A stretch of DNA of 32,000 nt from positions 660,001-692,000 of the forward strand of contig NC_022359.1 of assembly GCF_000354175.2 (NCBI RefSeq), read 5' to 3'. The notes beneath the pieces are model-generated. The model was given only the letters and a program-made list of their open reading frames with translations, was not told where the DNA came from and did no database searches. Numbering within the stretch: the first letter of the stretch is position 1; each line of letters starts with the position of its first letter. The stretch is from Vibrio alginolyticus NBRC 15630 = ATCC 17749 (GTDB lineage Bacteria > Pseudomonadota > Gammaproteobacteria > Enterobacterales > Vibrionaceae). Positions 8,603 to 17,178 of this stretch are shown here, piece after piece. A program made the translations under genes and the position numbers.

Positions 8603-9976
8603 ATGAACCTAGTTAATATTGCCCTTTCAGGTTTAGGCGCGAACCGTGTGGCCCTAGACGTAACCGCGCAAAACGTGGCAAACGTGAATACCGTGGGTTA
8701 CAGTCGTCAACAAGCGTTGATGGCGTCTGTCGATGATGGTAAAGCCAATCGCTTAAGTCCAGGTTTAGGGGTAGAAGTCACTAGCATTCGCCGCGTTACT
8801 GATCAATTTCTGATTAAGCAAACGTGGTCGACTAACAGTATGGCGGCATACGCATCTGGATACACCAGTAACATGAGTCAGCTGGAGAATACGCTTGGTG
8901 CCGATGGTTTCAGTATATCGGCTGGCTTGGACTCGCTAAACGCTGCGCTTAACGATGCGACCGTTAAGCCGGAATCCATACCTTACCGCCAGCAGATCAT
9001 TAACGAATCTGAAGCTTTGGCCCGCCGCTTTAATACGCTTACCGAGTCTTTATACAATCAACATAAAGACATGAGCGACCAACGTAATGCAGCGCTTAAC
9101 CACGCGAATAGCCTTATGGAAAATATCGCGAAGGTGAACAAGCAACTGGTAGAGATGCAAGGTACAGGTGGTAATCCATCACAGTTAATGGATGAACGAG
9201 ATAGGTTAATCGGTGAGTTATCTCAAACCATTGAAATCAAAACAACACAGCAGCATGACGGCAGTGTTCAGGTCACACTAACCTCTGGTCAACCGCTTGT
9301 GATGGGTACGGACCATGGCAAACTGGAAGCCATTCCTGACCCGAGTGATCCTTACTTAGCGGACTTACACGTCACGTTCTCGAATCAAAGCTTTGCGATT
9401 GGTGACTCGCTTGGTGGCAAATTAGGTGCGATTAATGACTATCAAACCGAAGTGTTGAAACCAAACCAACTGGCTCTGAATGACATGGCGAAAGCTCTCG
9501 CGGATGAATACAACGCCGTGCTTGCAACTGGCAAAGACTTAAATGGCAACCCAGGTAAACCTTTGTTCAGCTATGACCCAGCAAACCCTGCAGCCAGTTT
9601 GGATATTACCAAGCTAACTCCAGATGAGCTTGCGTTCTCAAGTGATGGAACACCTGGTAACGCAGATGCGTTGCAATCATTGATCGAGTTAAGCAACAAG
9701 CCAGTGGCGGTATCAGGTTACGGCTCAGTAAGCTTGAACGATGCCTTTAGTTCAATGGTGGGTCAAACCGCAATTAAAGCACGCCAAGCTAATGCTGATT
9801 ATCAAGCGAAGTTAGCCATGAACAAGCAAGCGCACGCAGCTCGCGATAATGTTAGTTCCGTAAACAGCGATGAAGAAGCGGCTAACCTAATGATGTTTGC
9901 TAATGCGCACAATGCCAACATGAAAGTGATCAGCACAGCAAATCAACTGCTCGATTCTATTCTGCAGTTATTCTAA
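8603..9976 (+). CDS. flgK: Hook-associated protein 1 FlgK
   Basis: 457 aa. The N-terminus reads MNLVNIALSGL...AQNVANVNTVGYSRQ and the C-terminus reads EEAANLMMFANAHNANMKVISTANQLLDSIL. Confidence 0.9.
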   Translation: MNLVNIALSGLGANRVALDVTAQNVANVNTVGYSRQQALMASVDDGKANRLSPGLGVEVTSIRRVTDQFLIKQTWSTNSMAAYASGYTSNMSQLENTLGADGFSISAGLDSLNAALNDATVKPESIPYRQQIINESEALARRFNTLTESLYNQHKDMSDQRNAALNHANSLMENIAKVNKQLVEMQGTGGNPSQLMDERDRLIGELSQTIEIKTTQQHDGSVQVTLTSGQPLVMGTDHGKLEAIPDPSDPYLADLHVTFSNQSFAIGDSLGGKLGAINDYQTEVLKPNQLALNDMAKALADEYNAVLATGKDLNGNPGKPLFSYDPANPAASLDITKLTPDELAFSSDGTPGNADALQSLIELSNKPVAVSGYGSVSLNDAFSSMVGQTAIKARQANADYQAKLAMNKQAHAARDNVSSVNSDEEAANLMMFANAHNANMKVISTANQLLDSILQLF

Positions 9977-9989
9977 GAGGAAAGTTTAG

Positions 9990-10889
9990 ATGCGAATTAG
10001 TGACAATCAATTTAGTCAAATGATGTTGCACAGCTTGCAGAGCAATAGCGCGGGATTAGGCGAAGCTCTGCAACAGATGTCTACTGGCAAGCGCTTAACC
10101 AAGCTGTCTGACGATCCAATGGCTTCGATCAAGTTGCTTAACTTAGACCGAGAAACCAGTGCGATTGCTCAGTACAAAAACAACATTGAAAACGTAAAAA
10201 CGACGCTATCGAGTCAAGAAACCCATTTAGATTCGATCAAAGAAAGCTTAAAAAGCATGCGAGACATCGCGCTTTGGGGTGCGAACGGCTCTCTTACTGA
10301 CGAAAGTCGTGGCGGTATGATTACAGAGCTTAAGAGTTACCGTGATTCTATTGAGTCGTCTTTTAACGCGCAGGATGAAGAAGGGCACTACCTTTTCTCT
10401 GGTACTAAAACGGATACTGCGGCTGTAAGTAAAGCGAGCGGCAGCTACGTAATTGAAGGTAATAGTGACAAGCGCGTAGTAACAATTGCTAAAGGTGTCA
10501 CGATGGATTCCAATATGACTGCAAAAGAAATATTGGACCTTGGGGGAGGCCATAACGTGCTTAACCAAATTGATGCGCTGATCAAAGAGTTTGAGAGCCC
10601 TACCGCCAACTTCAGAGCTGAAGTTGAGGCGAGTATCAGCGCTATCGACGATACTTTTTCAAACGTACTAGGGACCATGACTGAGATTGGTGGTCGACAC
10701 AACAACTTAGATCTTGTTGGTGGCGCGCACAGTGAAAACAAGCTGTTCGTTGACAAGGTATCTGGAGACCTCTCTGCTCTGGACTATGGTGAAGCGTCGG
10801 TACGATTGAGTAATTACATGGCCGCTTTGCAAGCAACGCAAGCAAGCTATGTGAAGATCGATGGTTTGTCGCTGTTTGACCGTTTATAA
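9990..10889 (+). CDS. flgL: Hook-associated protein 3 FlgL
   Basis: 299 aa. The N-terminus is flagellin/HAP3-like (MRISDNQ...STGKRLTKLSDDPMAS) and the C-terminus reads ASVRLSNYMAALQATQASYVKI. It lies directly after flgK. Confidence 0.9.
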   Translation: MRISDNQFSQMMLHSLQSNSAGLGEALQQMSTGKRLTKLSDDPMASIKLLNLDRETSAIAQYKNNIENVKTTLSSQETHLDSIKESLKSMRDIALWGANGSLTDESRGGMITELKSYRDSIESSFNAQDEEGHYLFSGTKTDTAAVSKASGSYVIEGNSDKRVVTIAKGVTMDSNMTAKEILDLGGGHNVLNQIDALIKEFESPTANFRAEVEASISAIDDTFSNVLGTMTEIGGRHNNLDLVGGAHSENKLFVDKVSGDLSALDYGEASVRLSNYMAALQATQASYVKIDGLSLFDRL

Positions 10890-10907
10890 GGTTAGGAAGT
10901 TCTTTTT

Positions 10908-11948
10908 ATGGTAATGAGTACAGTAGAGGTTAGACCCCATAGCATACGCTTAGGTGGACAAGAACAAGCCTCTATCATGCCGACCCGTTCTGCAGACTCA
11001 AGTACGGCAATTAAACCGCGTCCGGCGCAAATTCAGGCTGACACTGCGTCAGCCTACTCTGTATCTGGTATTCAGCTTACGCAGGGTCAGCAGCAAGCCA
11101 CGGCGGTTCAGATCGCGTCCAAATCGCTGCAGGTGATTGGCAAAGAGCTCACGCAAATTAAACGTGGTTTGACGCAAGCTATTAATCAAGGCGTACAAAA
11201 TGTTCCTGGTTTGCAGGATACATTGGTTCGTTCTAAAGCCACCATCCAAAAAGTCGTTGAGCAAGCACGTTTCGATGGCCAGAAAGTCCTAAATAACGAA
11301 CTGCACTTAAAACTGGATAAAGCGGACATTCGTCGCTTTTCTATTCCAGGTTTGAATGTTCATCGCTTAAGCGACAAGGCCGAGCAAATCCGTTTGGATT
11401 TTCCTCAAGGTCAAGCGGTGATGATTCAGTTTGATGGACAATCAGACGGTGAGCGAACGGTCAAAATGCTGGATCGCAGCTTGATTGCGTTAGGAATGCG
11501 AGCCTCATTAGCCGATGATGGCAGCATTTTATTTGAAGCCAGAGACAACGCTTATCAACAAATGCAGCAAAAGGTGATGGTAACGGGGGAAGGGCACCGA
11601 TTCCCTGCGGGACAGCCTAACGTTTTGAACTTAAAGTCTGAGCCAGATGGTATTGCGGAGCTCGGGTTTGATCTAGGCTCACGCGACGGCATCAAGCAGA
11701 CGATTGCCAAAGTAAATCAGCATCTGAAACAAGTTCAAACGAGTTTGCAAGAAGCGAAAGCTTTTCATGGTGAACTGAATACTCAAATGCGTTCTATCCA
11801 AACCAAAACCGCACAGCTTTCAGTCAATGAGGTGAATGCAAAACTGGATGGATTCATGCAAAAGTCTGGCGAGTTTACTTCGACTTTTCAGGCATTGAAT
11901 GCGCAAGCAAACGTGCGTCGTCATACCGTGGTCGCTTTACTGAAGTAA
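10908..11948 (+). CDS. Divergent flagellin/HAP-fold protein of unknown role (last gene of the flg operon)
   Basis: 346 aa with AGGAAG 9 nt upstream, starting 18 nt after the flgL stop. The C-terminus ALNAQANVRRHTVVALLK resembles the flagellin end (..LAQANQ.PQ.VLSLL[RQ]). An internal segment IQKVVEQARFDGQKVLNN resembles the flagellin N-domain motif (..F[ND]G.K[VL]L). The canonical LSSG.RIN.A.DDAAG segment is missing. The N-terminal ~70 aa is S/T/A/Q-rich. Confidence 0.6.
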   Translation: MVMSTVEVRPHSIRLGGQEQASIMPTRSADSSTAIKPRPAQIQADTASAYSVSGIQLTQGQQQATAVQIASKSLQVIGKELTQIKRGLTQAINQGVQNVPGLQDTLVRSKATIQKVVEQARFDGQKVLNNELHLKLDKADIRRFSIPGLNVHRLSDKAEQIRLDFPQGQAVMIQFDGQSDGERTVKMLDRSLIALGMRASLADDGSILFEARDNAYQQMQQKVMVTGEGHRFPAGQPNVLNLKSEPDGIAELGFDLGSRDGIKQTIAKVNQHLKQVQTSLQEAKAFHGELNTQMRSIQTKTAQLSVNEVNAKLDGFMQKSGEFTSTFQALNAQANVRRHTVVALLK

Positions 11949-11961
11949 CGAACACTCCAAT

Positions 11962-12022
11962 GATTCCCGGCTTTACACTGTTATCGTCCCCCAATAACGA
12001 AAACAGCGCACTGTCGGGAATC
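11962..12022. repeat. Long imperfect inverted repeat between convergent genes (possible bidirectional terminator)
   Basis: GATTCCCG (11962-11969) pairs with CGGGAATC (12015-12022). ACA (11975-11977) pairs with TGT (12012-14). An inner 9-bp stem joins 11978-11986 with 11998-12006, with one mismatch. No clear U-tract on either strand. Confidence 0.4.
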
Positions 12023-12036
12023 TCTCTTCGACTCGT

Positions 12037-14757
12037 CTAGGGCTCGAGTGCTTTTGCCACCGAACGATTCAATTTCTGGAATAGCCATCCAAGTGCTATC
12101 AAAGACGCACCTAAGCCTAAGAAGCTTATCGCTCGCCAGAACCCATCCAGAGAGCTCACATCCCATAAGAATACTTTCAGTGCGACACAGGCAAGGACCA
12201 CTAGACCGACACGCTGCATCATCAGCTCCTGTTGGGTCACGCCGCGCCAAGTCAGCAATCCACCTACGAGCAAGCCAGCCACTGAATAACTGAACAACTC
12301 AGCCATGCTGGTTGGCTGATACAGCATCATCGATGTGGTTTGCCAGAATTGACGGATAGACATCCCCAACCAAATGGCTGCAAGTAAAAAGCCTAGACTA
12401 GCAATCGCAAATCGATGAACTTGCAACGTATTCCAGCGTTTAAAGGCTGCGATAAGCAGGATGCAAGCTGGTAACAGCCAGCCGATACTCAGCATGTTAA
12501 AGATGGGAAGTGCTTGTGCCGAGACGTTATCAGTCACCAACGGCGATTCTGCCGTATTAAGCAAAATAATCAATATAGCGAACGCGCACCAAAGCAAGTA
12601 ACTATAGATTTCGTAGATACGGCTTAAGCGTTGCGCAAATTGGCTGCGGTAGCTGTATACCAAACCCATAACTAATGCTTGATTGGCAAAGACTGCCGCA
12701 CTTGTGAAGTCGATGTGCCCCAAGTAACCATATTGCCCCGTTAACCAGTAGTTAGTTTGGGTGAACAATGCCATTAAGAATACATGTAAAAACGCCCCTT
12801 CAAACCAGTTGGTCAGTTCTCGGTCCACTTGTTTTAGTGTTGAACGAGCATAAGACAAGATGAAGAGAGAAGGCAGATAACTCACCAGAACCCAAGCCCA
12901 ATGCCCAGCTTCTACCGGTTGCCATTCGGGGATGAAAGGTAGCAGCGTGAGTCGGATAACCAGTATTCCCATTGCCACTTTAATCGCCCAACTCGCAGGT
13001 CGAAATAACCCGAATTGAGCCTGTAAGGCCATTATCGCAACTTGTATTGAGATTGCTGTTGTTAACCAAGTATCACTCAACCAAACAAAAGCGATACCTA
13101 CGATTAAAGCATGCATAACGGCAGAGCATTCTAATGCCAACGAACGTGCACGCTGACCAAGCACAGCATAGTAAGTGGCCATCAATGCGCAGAATGCAGT
13201 CCAATACCACAGGTAGCCTTGCATAAATTCGTCAATATAAAACAACGTAATTAAGCTCATCGCGGGAGCCAGTACCAGCAGAAGCAGCCCACTGAGTTGC
13301 GAACGGTCACTAAGTGATTGGCAATATGTTCGATAGCAGATCAGCGCAATACTCACCGCCAATGCGAATAGGATGCTAGCTTCTCGCTCTAACATATACA
13401 GCGCATCAAAAGCGATGGTAAGAACAATCAGCGCGGTTGCCGAGACGAGAATGGATGGCAAAAATACACGTAATGACCAGCCTGTACGAAGTGCTGGTAG
13501 CCAGATGATCGCAACAAGCAGCGTATAACAGTACGCCATTTGTAGAGCGTTCAGCTCCGGCATTCTGGTGACGGCAGAAAAGGTCAATAAAGCAGTTGCG
13601 AGAGCGGTAGCGGTCGGCGAGTTTGTCCACTTGCTTTGATAGTGACGAAAGCGAGGATTGAGCATCCAACCCATTCTCGGAACCGCGAAAATGAGATACA
13701 AAGTGATGGAGAGATAAATCGCGAGCCACGAGAACAACCGTTCTGTTGGTACACTCTCAATCAACAGCAACATCCAAATGACATGTGGAATCGCGATACT
13801 TGGCGTAATCCATGCCCTACGCACTTTTTGCATCAATAAGGTCGCCGCGAACGAAATCGCGCAGATGTATCCGGCTAACAAAAAGTAGTTGGGTTCACTA
13901 CCTCCAATCCACAGTGGTGCTGTGTAGCCACCAATTAAGCCAAGCACGGCCATTAACGGCCCTTGTCGCAATGATAATGCTAAACTGAAAAATGCCGCTG
14001 AAGCCAAAATGATCAACGAGATACTTGGCGTTAGCATTTGATAAACCACAAAGGCAAAAATGACGGTGCAGTAAATGCCCGTTAATCCCGTACCGGTAAC
14101 GGCAGCAGGAACATACGTAAAGCCTTGGGCTCGTGCTGCCCGTTGCGGATTCTGTTGTTCTTTACGGTGAAACCACTCGCCAACAAGCACCATTAGTAAT
14201 GAGATCACAAAGGCAAAGGACACTCGCATAAATGGCGAAAACTGGATGTGGCTACCAATCACCTGTACGAGATAACCTCCACCGATCAGCATGGCCAATG
14301 CGCCTACCCAAACCAACCAATTTTCTTGAATGTTGCTAAGCAGGCTCTGAACTTTACTCTGAAGGAATGACTCATTTTCTTGACTAAAAACATCCAGTTG
14401 CACTTCTCTTGTCTGGGCGTATTCTTGATTCGCAGCGCTCTGGTTTAAGTCTAGGTTGGCAGCTGGATCATGTTCCCCAGAGGATGAGACATTTTTCTGT
14501 TGTGATTCTATGTGAGGTGACGTCGCTACAGATGGTGTGTCTTTTTCGATGCTGGATTGTTGGTGCACTTGTTGGTTTGAGCCCCCATGGACACTGGCTC
14601 GTAGTGATGTAACTTCCTCACGAAGTTTGGTTAGTTCTTTTTCTAAAAGTGCAGCTCGGTTGGCGGCTTTCACTCCGATGAGGATGGCGAGACACGCCAT
14701 GAACAGTGCTAGTATTACGTACAATCCATTTCTCCTTGCGTACGTCGCGTGACCCAC
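12037..14757 (-). CDS. Large polytopic membrane protein, DUF2339-like architecture
   Basis: 906-aa ORF. It has an N-terminal TM helix, a coiled-coil stretch (LLEKELTKLREEVTSLRAS), a ~100-aa Q/S/E-rich low-complexity linker, then roughly 25 hydrophobic helices to the C-terminus. The family assignment is from memory of this architecture. The start is uncertain: GTG at 14757, or TTG at 14724, which has AAGGAG 7 nt upstream. Confidence 0.7.
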   Translation of the reverse strand: MGHATYARRNGLYVILALFMACLAILIGVKAANRAALLEKELTKLREEVTSLRASVHGGSNQQVHQQSSIEKDTPSVATSPHIESQQKNVSSSGEHDPAANLDLNQSAANQEYAQTREVQLDVFSQENESFLQSKVQSLLSNIQENWLVWVGALAMLIGGGYLVQVIGSHIQFSPFMRVSFAFVISLLMVLVGEWFHRKEQQNPQRAARAQGFTYVPAAVTGTGLTGIYCTVIFAFVVYQMLTPSISLIILASAAFFSLALSLRQGPLMAVLGLIGGYTAPLWIGGSEPNYFLLAGYICAISFAATLLMQKVRRAWITPSIAIPHVIWMLLLIESVPTERLFSWLAIYLSITLYLIFAVPRMGWMLNPRFRHYQSKWTNSPTATALATALLTFSAVTRMPELNALQMAYCYTLLVAIIWLPALRTGWSLRVFLPSILVSATALIVLTIAFDALYMLEREASILFALAVSIALICYRTYCQSLSDRSQLSGLLLLVLAPAMSLITLFYIDEFMQGYLWYWTAFCALMATYYAVLGQRARSLALECSAVMHALIVGIAFVWLSDTWLTTAISIQVAIMALQAQFGLFRPASWAIKVAMGILVIRLTLLPFIPEWQPVEAGHWAWVLVSYLPSLFILSYARSTLKQVDRELTNWFEGAFLHVFLMALFTQTNYWLTGQYGYLGHIDFTSAAVFANQALVMGLVYSYRSQFAQRLSRIYEIYSYLLWCAFAILIILLNTAESPLVTDNVSAQALPIFNMLSIGWLLPACILLIAAFKRWNTLQVHRFAIASLGFLLAAIWLGMSIRQFWQTTSMMLYQPTSMAELFSYSVAGLLVGGLLTWRGVTQQELMMQRVGLVVLACVALKVFLWDVSSLDGFWRAISFLGLGASLIALGWLFQKLNRSVAKALEP

Positions 14758-15140
14758 GATTCTTAACTTTGAGCACTTACGCTAAAGCTTAGTTCATGCT
14801 CTATGCCTTAGCCTCATATAGTGCTAGGTTCCGCGCTTTCTTCAGAAATCATTCTACATAATGAAACTCAATGCGTAATGATGAATTCGACAAAGTCGCA
14901 CACTTGTGTGCCACTTTAAGACCTGATGAACAAAAATGAGTCGTTAAGTCATTGGGGGTCAACTATATTCATAGTTCTGATGCGATCGCCAAAGGACTTC
15001 AAACATGTGCGTTTCGTAGCGATGTCATCGAAGGTCAGTCGTTTGATTTGCACGTTCGGTTGTTTCTATTTGACCGTAAGGCTGAATGTATTCGGGTATA
15101 GCGCATTCACGCGAAAAAAGACAAAAACAGGTAATTATTG

Positions 15141-16940
15141 ATGCAAGTGGGTAATGAAGCGCTGGTGCTGTCAGCGGTTGGGGTTATTGGTTTAGGTTGC
15201 CAATGGTTAGCTTGGCGATTGCGTTTGCCAGCGATTTTATTTTTGTTGTTGGCAGGGCTGATCGTCGGGCCATTTATGCAGTGGTTAAATCCTGATGAGA
15301 TATTAGGTAATTTGCTCTTTCCGTTGGTCTCTTTGGCGGTGGCAGTGATTTTATTTGAAGGCAGTTTGACCTTAAATTTTAAAGAAATTCGTGGCGTGAG
15401 TGGTTCGGTATGGAGCATTGTTTCCATCGGGGCGATCATTTCGTGGGCGGCGACCAGTATCGCAACACACTATTTCCTCGGCTTTACTTGGGAGCTTGCC
15501 ATGTTATTCGGCAGCTTAACCGTAGTAACAGGGCCGACGGTCATCGTGCCACTTCTACGAACCGTAAGACCTAACAGTACGCTTGCTAACATTTTGCGAT
15601 GGGAAGGGATTTTGATTGACCCGCTCGGTGCGCTTTTTGTTGTGATGGTTTACGAGTTTATCGTATCTCACAGCGCGATAAATAGCGTCGAAGTGTTTGG
15701 GACGATCATTGCTGTCGGTGTCATGCTAGGTGCGGCCTCAGGCTATGCAGTTGCGACGATCATGCGTCGCTCTTGGCTACCGGAATATTTGCAGCCATTT
15801 GCGGTTTTGATGGTGGTTCTAGGTGTATTTTCGGTCTCTAACCACATTGAGTCTGAAGCTGGGTTACTAACCGTCACCGTAATGGGTATGTGGCTCGCAA
15901 ACGCTAAAGACATCAATATTCAGCAAATTCTGCACTTTAAAGAGCATTTAACCATTTTACTGATCACCGGATTGTTCATCTTCCTTGCGGCTCGAATCAG
16001 TCTGGATGATTTTGCTGCGCTAGGTAGCGGTGCGTTATTGTTGTTTGTATTTATGCAGTTAGTGTCGCGTCCGTTATCGATTTTTCTTTCAACCTTCCGC
16101 AGCAACTTGCGTCTTAAAGATAAGCTGTTTTTGTCTTGGGTTGCACCGCGCGGTATTGTTGCTGCTTCGATTTCGTCTCTTTTCGCGATCAAATTGACCG
16201 AATACGGCATTGATGAAGCGATTTTACTGGTCCCTATGACCTTCATGGTGATTATAGGAACGGTCGTGTTACAAAGTGCGACGGCACGTCCTGTAGCGCT
16301 GACGTTGGGCGTTACAGAGCCAGCACCACGCGGCTTCTTGTTGATTGGTGCTAACCGAGTAGCAAGAGAAATAGGGCAGGCGCTGGCGCGTTATGACCGC
16401 CGCGTATTAATGACTGACTCAAACTGGGAGTACATCAGTCAGGTTCGTATGTTGGGGTTGGATTACTATTACGGCAACCCTATTTCTAGTCACGCGGACG
16501 ACAACTTGAACTTGATAGGAGTTGGACAAGTGGTTGCATTAACGCCCGATCAGCATTTCAACATTATGGCTTGCATGCAATTCGTCGACGAGTTTGGGGA
16601 AGATAAAGTTCACTGCTTACAAAAAGTGAAAACCAACGGCAATGGCAGCGAGAAGCACTCCGTGGCTCAGGAGTACCATGGTAAATTGCTGATGGGCGGC
16701 AATGTAAGCTATACCCAGCTAGCCAGTATGTTAAGTCGTGGTGCAGAGGTTAAACACACGAAATTGAGCGATAACTTCACGTATCAAGATTATTTAGCGC
16801 ATCACAAAGGTAGTTCAGTTGTACCGCTGTTCCATGTAGAAGAAAAAGGAAAAATTCAATTCTGTGATGATCCCGAACAGTTTGAACCAACGACGACAAG
16901 CACTGTTGTGTCGCTAATTCTGTCGGACAGCGTAAAGTAA
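15141..16940 (+). CDS. Cation:proton antiporter (CPA1, NhaP-like Na+/H+ exchanger) with C-terminal KTN/TrkA-N-like domain
   Basis: About 390 aa of Na+/H+-exchanger-type TM helices (LFEGSL, TGPTVIVPLL, ILRWEGILIDPLGA, SWVAPRGIVAA). A soluble domain resembling TrkA-N follows (GFLLIGANRVAREIGQALARYDRRVLMTD...VVALTPD). ATG at 15141; a TTG lies one codon upstream. Confidence 0.85.
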   Translation: MQVGNEALVLSAVGVIGLGCQWLAWRLRLPAILFLLLAGLIVGPFMQWLNPDEILGNLLFPLVSLAVAVILFEGSLTLNFKEIRGVSGSVWSIVSIGAIISWAATSIATHYFLGFTWELAMLFGSLTVVTGPTVIVPLLRTVRPNSTLANILRWEGILIDPLGALFVVMVYEFIVSHSAINSVEVFGTIIAVGVMLGAASGYAVATIMRRSWLPEYLQPFAVLMVVLGVFSVSNHIESEAGLLTVTVMGMWLANAKDINIQQILHFKEHLTILLITGLFIFLAARISLDDFAALGSGALLLFVFMQLVSRPLSIFLSTFRSNLRLKDKLFLSWVAPRGIVAASISSLFAIKLTEYGIDEAILLVPMTFMVIIGTVVLQSATARPVALTLGVTEPAPRGFLLIGANRVAREIGQALARYDRRVLMTDSNWEYISQVRMLGLDYYYGNPISSHADDNLNLIGVGQVVALTPDQHFNIMACMQFVDEFGEDKVHCLQKVKTNGNGSEKHSVAQEYHGKLLMGGNVSYTQLASMLSRGAEVKHTKLSDNFTYQDYLAHHKGSSVVPLFHVEEKGKIQFCDDPEQFEPTTTSTVVSLILSDSVK

Positions 16941-17120
16941 ACTACAGAGCAATGTGATCCATTTTCATCATGGGTATCGTACGCTGATTATCTCAATTTG
17001 AAGAGAAACTTGCCGGCTTGTTTAAAACGGAAAGCGAGTTTCTTTTCTTATAATGTCAGGGGCAGTCGAGATTCATTACTCGTTTCGGAAAAGTAATCCG
17101 GCAAATTCACAAAATTCGCA

Positions 17121-17149
17121 TTGACGTTACTGATAAGGATCGCAATACT
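17121..17149 (+). promoter_or_regulatory. Candidate sigma70 promoter for the IPP isomerase gene
   Basis: TTGACG-17 nt-AATACT gives 5/6 at -35 and 4/6 at -10. It lies about 30 nt upstream of the ATG at 17179. Confidence 0.4.
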
Positions 17150-17178
17150 GCGCGACTGTTTTACTTTAGGGTGACATT

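Noticed and set aside
14926-15141. 71-aa ORF in the intergenic region upstream of the antiporter gene.
   Set aside because: No RBS, an odd composition, and it ends overlapping the antiporter start. It is more likely promoter or leader DNA.
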